64,000 bases of DNA from Candidatus Saccharimonadota bacterium (GTDB lineage: Bacteria > Patescibacteriota > Saccharimonadia > Saccharimonadales > SZUA-47), in contig CP065013.1 of assembly GCA_016700315.1 (NCBI GenBank), forward strand, positions 513,449-577,448, read 5' to 3'. Made by a program: the position numbers and the translations under genes. Positions within the stretch are counted from its first letter, which is position 1, and every line of letters starts with the position of its first letter. The notes under the pieces are model-generated. The model had not been told where the DNA came from. It made no database searches and saw only the letters and a list, made by a program, of their open reading frames with translations. Below, in pieces: positions 63,621 to 64,000 of this stretch.

Positions 63621-64000
63621 ATGAAAAGAACAGAAGGGTCTAGAGCTGTAGATGCGCTTTTGGAGTTTATTGCTATCAGTAGCGTAACTGCTCTTTCGTT
63701 AGTTGCCCCAAACGCGTGGGTAGCTTTTGACAAGCCGCTTAGTAAATTCTTGAAGAAGATGGATGAGCGCGAAAGAAGGCGCGAAATTCAACGATTACTA
63801 AGGTATGTAAAAAACAAAAACTTAGTTTCATGGGATTATGAGCATGGGCTGAAACTTACTAATAAAGCAAAAGAGCGCCTTAAAAATCTAGACTATATTA
63901 ATCTCGAAATTAAGCCTTTGGAAAAGTGGGATGGTAAGTGGCGAATAGTCTTTTTTGACGTTCCAGAACAGAAGAAACATTCGCGTGACGGATTTTCGGC
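63621..64000 (+). CDS. 5' part of a PaaX-like regulator that runs off the window
   Basis: The ATG at 63621 has a TATAAT at about 63608 and the frame stays open to nt 64000. WDGKWRIVFFDVPEQKKHSRDGF matches the PaaX C-terminal pattern W.G.W..v.fdiPe..r..Rd. Confidence 0.5.
   Translation, partial: MKRTEGSRAVDALLEFIAISSVTALSLVAPNAWVAFDKPLSKFLKKMDERERRREIQRLLRYVKNKNLVSWDYEHGLKLTNKAKERLKNLDYINLEIKPLEKWDGKWRIVFFDVPEQKKHSRDGFS

Overview
The window reads as chromosome from a small-genome, CPR/Saccharibacteria-like bacterium; that taxonomic call is inferred from gene content only. It is mostly housekeeping genes: ftsH, murJ, lepA, tilS, ruvC, yebC, comEC, an ABC-2 exporter, a DEAD-box helicase, four tRNAs, and a CIRCE/HrcA heat-shock regulon (hrcA-grpE...dnaK...dnaJ). 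There are no rRNA genes and no CRISPR array.

Several accessory or unusual features stand out:
1. A complete diversity-generating retroelement (DGR) at 2.6-5.2 kb. Its TR and VR differ only at TR adenines. Its reverse transcriptase is thrown out of frame by a (GCCATCA)x5 heptanucleotide repeat, which looks like a phase-variation switch.
2. A family of intergenic elements built from chains of drifting heptamers in a single 7-nt register, at about 14.9, 16.9, 21.7 and 23.3 kb. Two copies form a roughly 250-bp inverted pair around a 4.5-kb five-gene block. A 7-bp tandem duplication also breaks a Nudix gene, so 7-nt slippage recurs across the window.
3. A 5.2-kb composite transposon made of two inverted IS982-like copies, one of which carries a nested IS256-like insertion. 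It sits between grpE and dnaK and carries a pilin-like gene plus a GC-rich structured RNA-like fragment.
4. Two tRNA loci (fMet-like and Lys) followed by short GC-rich inserts that are bounded by duplicated tRNA 3' ends.
5. A cluster of ATP-grasp ligases and peptidases around rimK.
6. Two homopolymer-rich low-complexity blocks that look like technical artefacts.

Coordinates of non-ORF features were read by eye and may be off by 1-2 nt.
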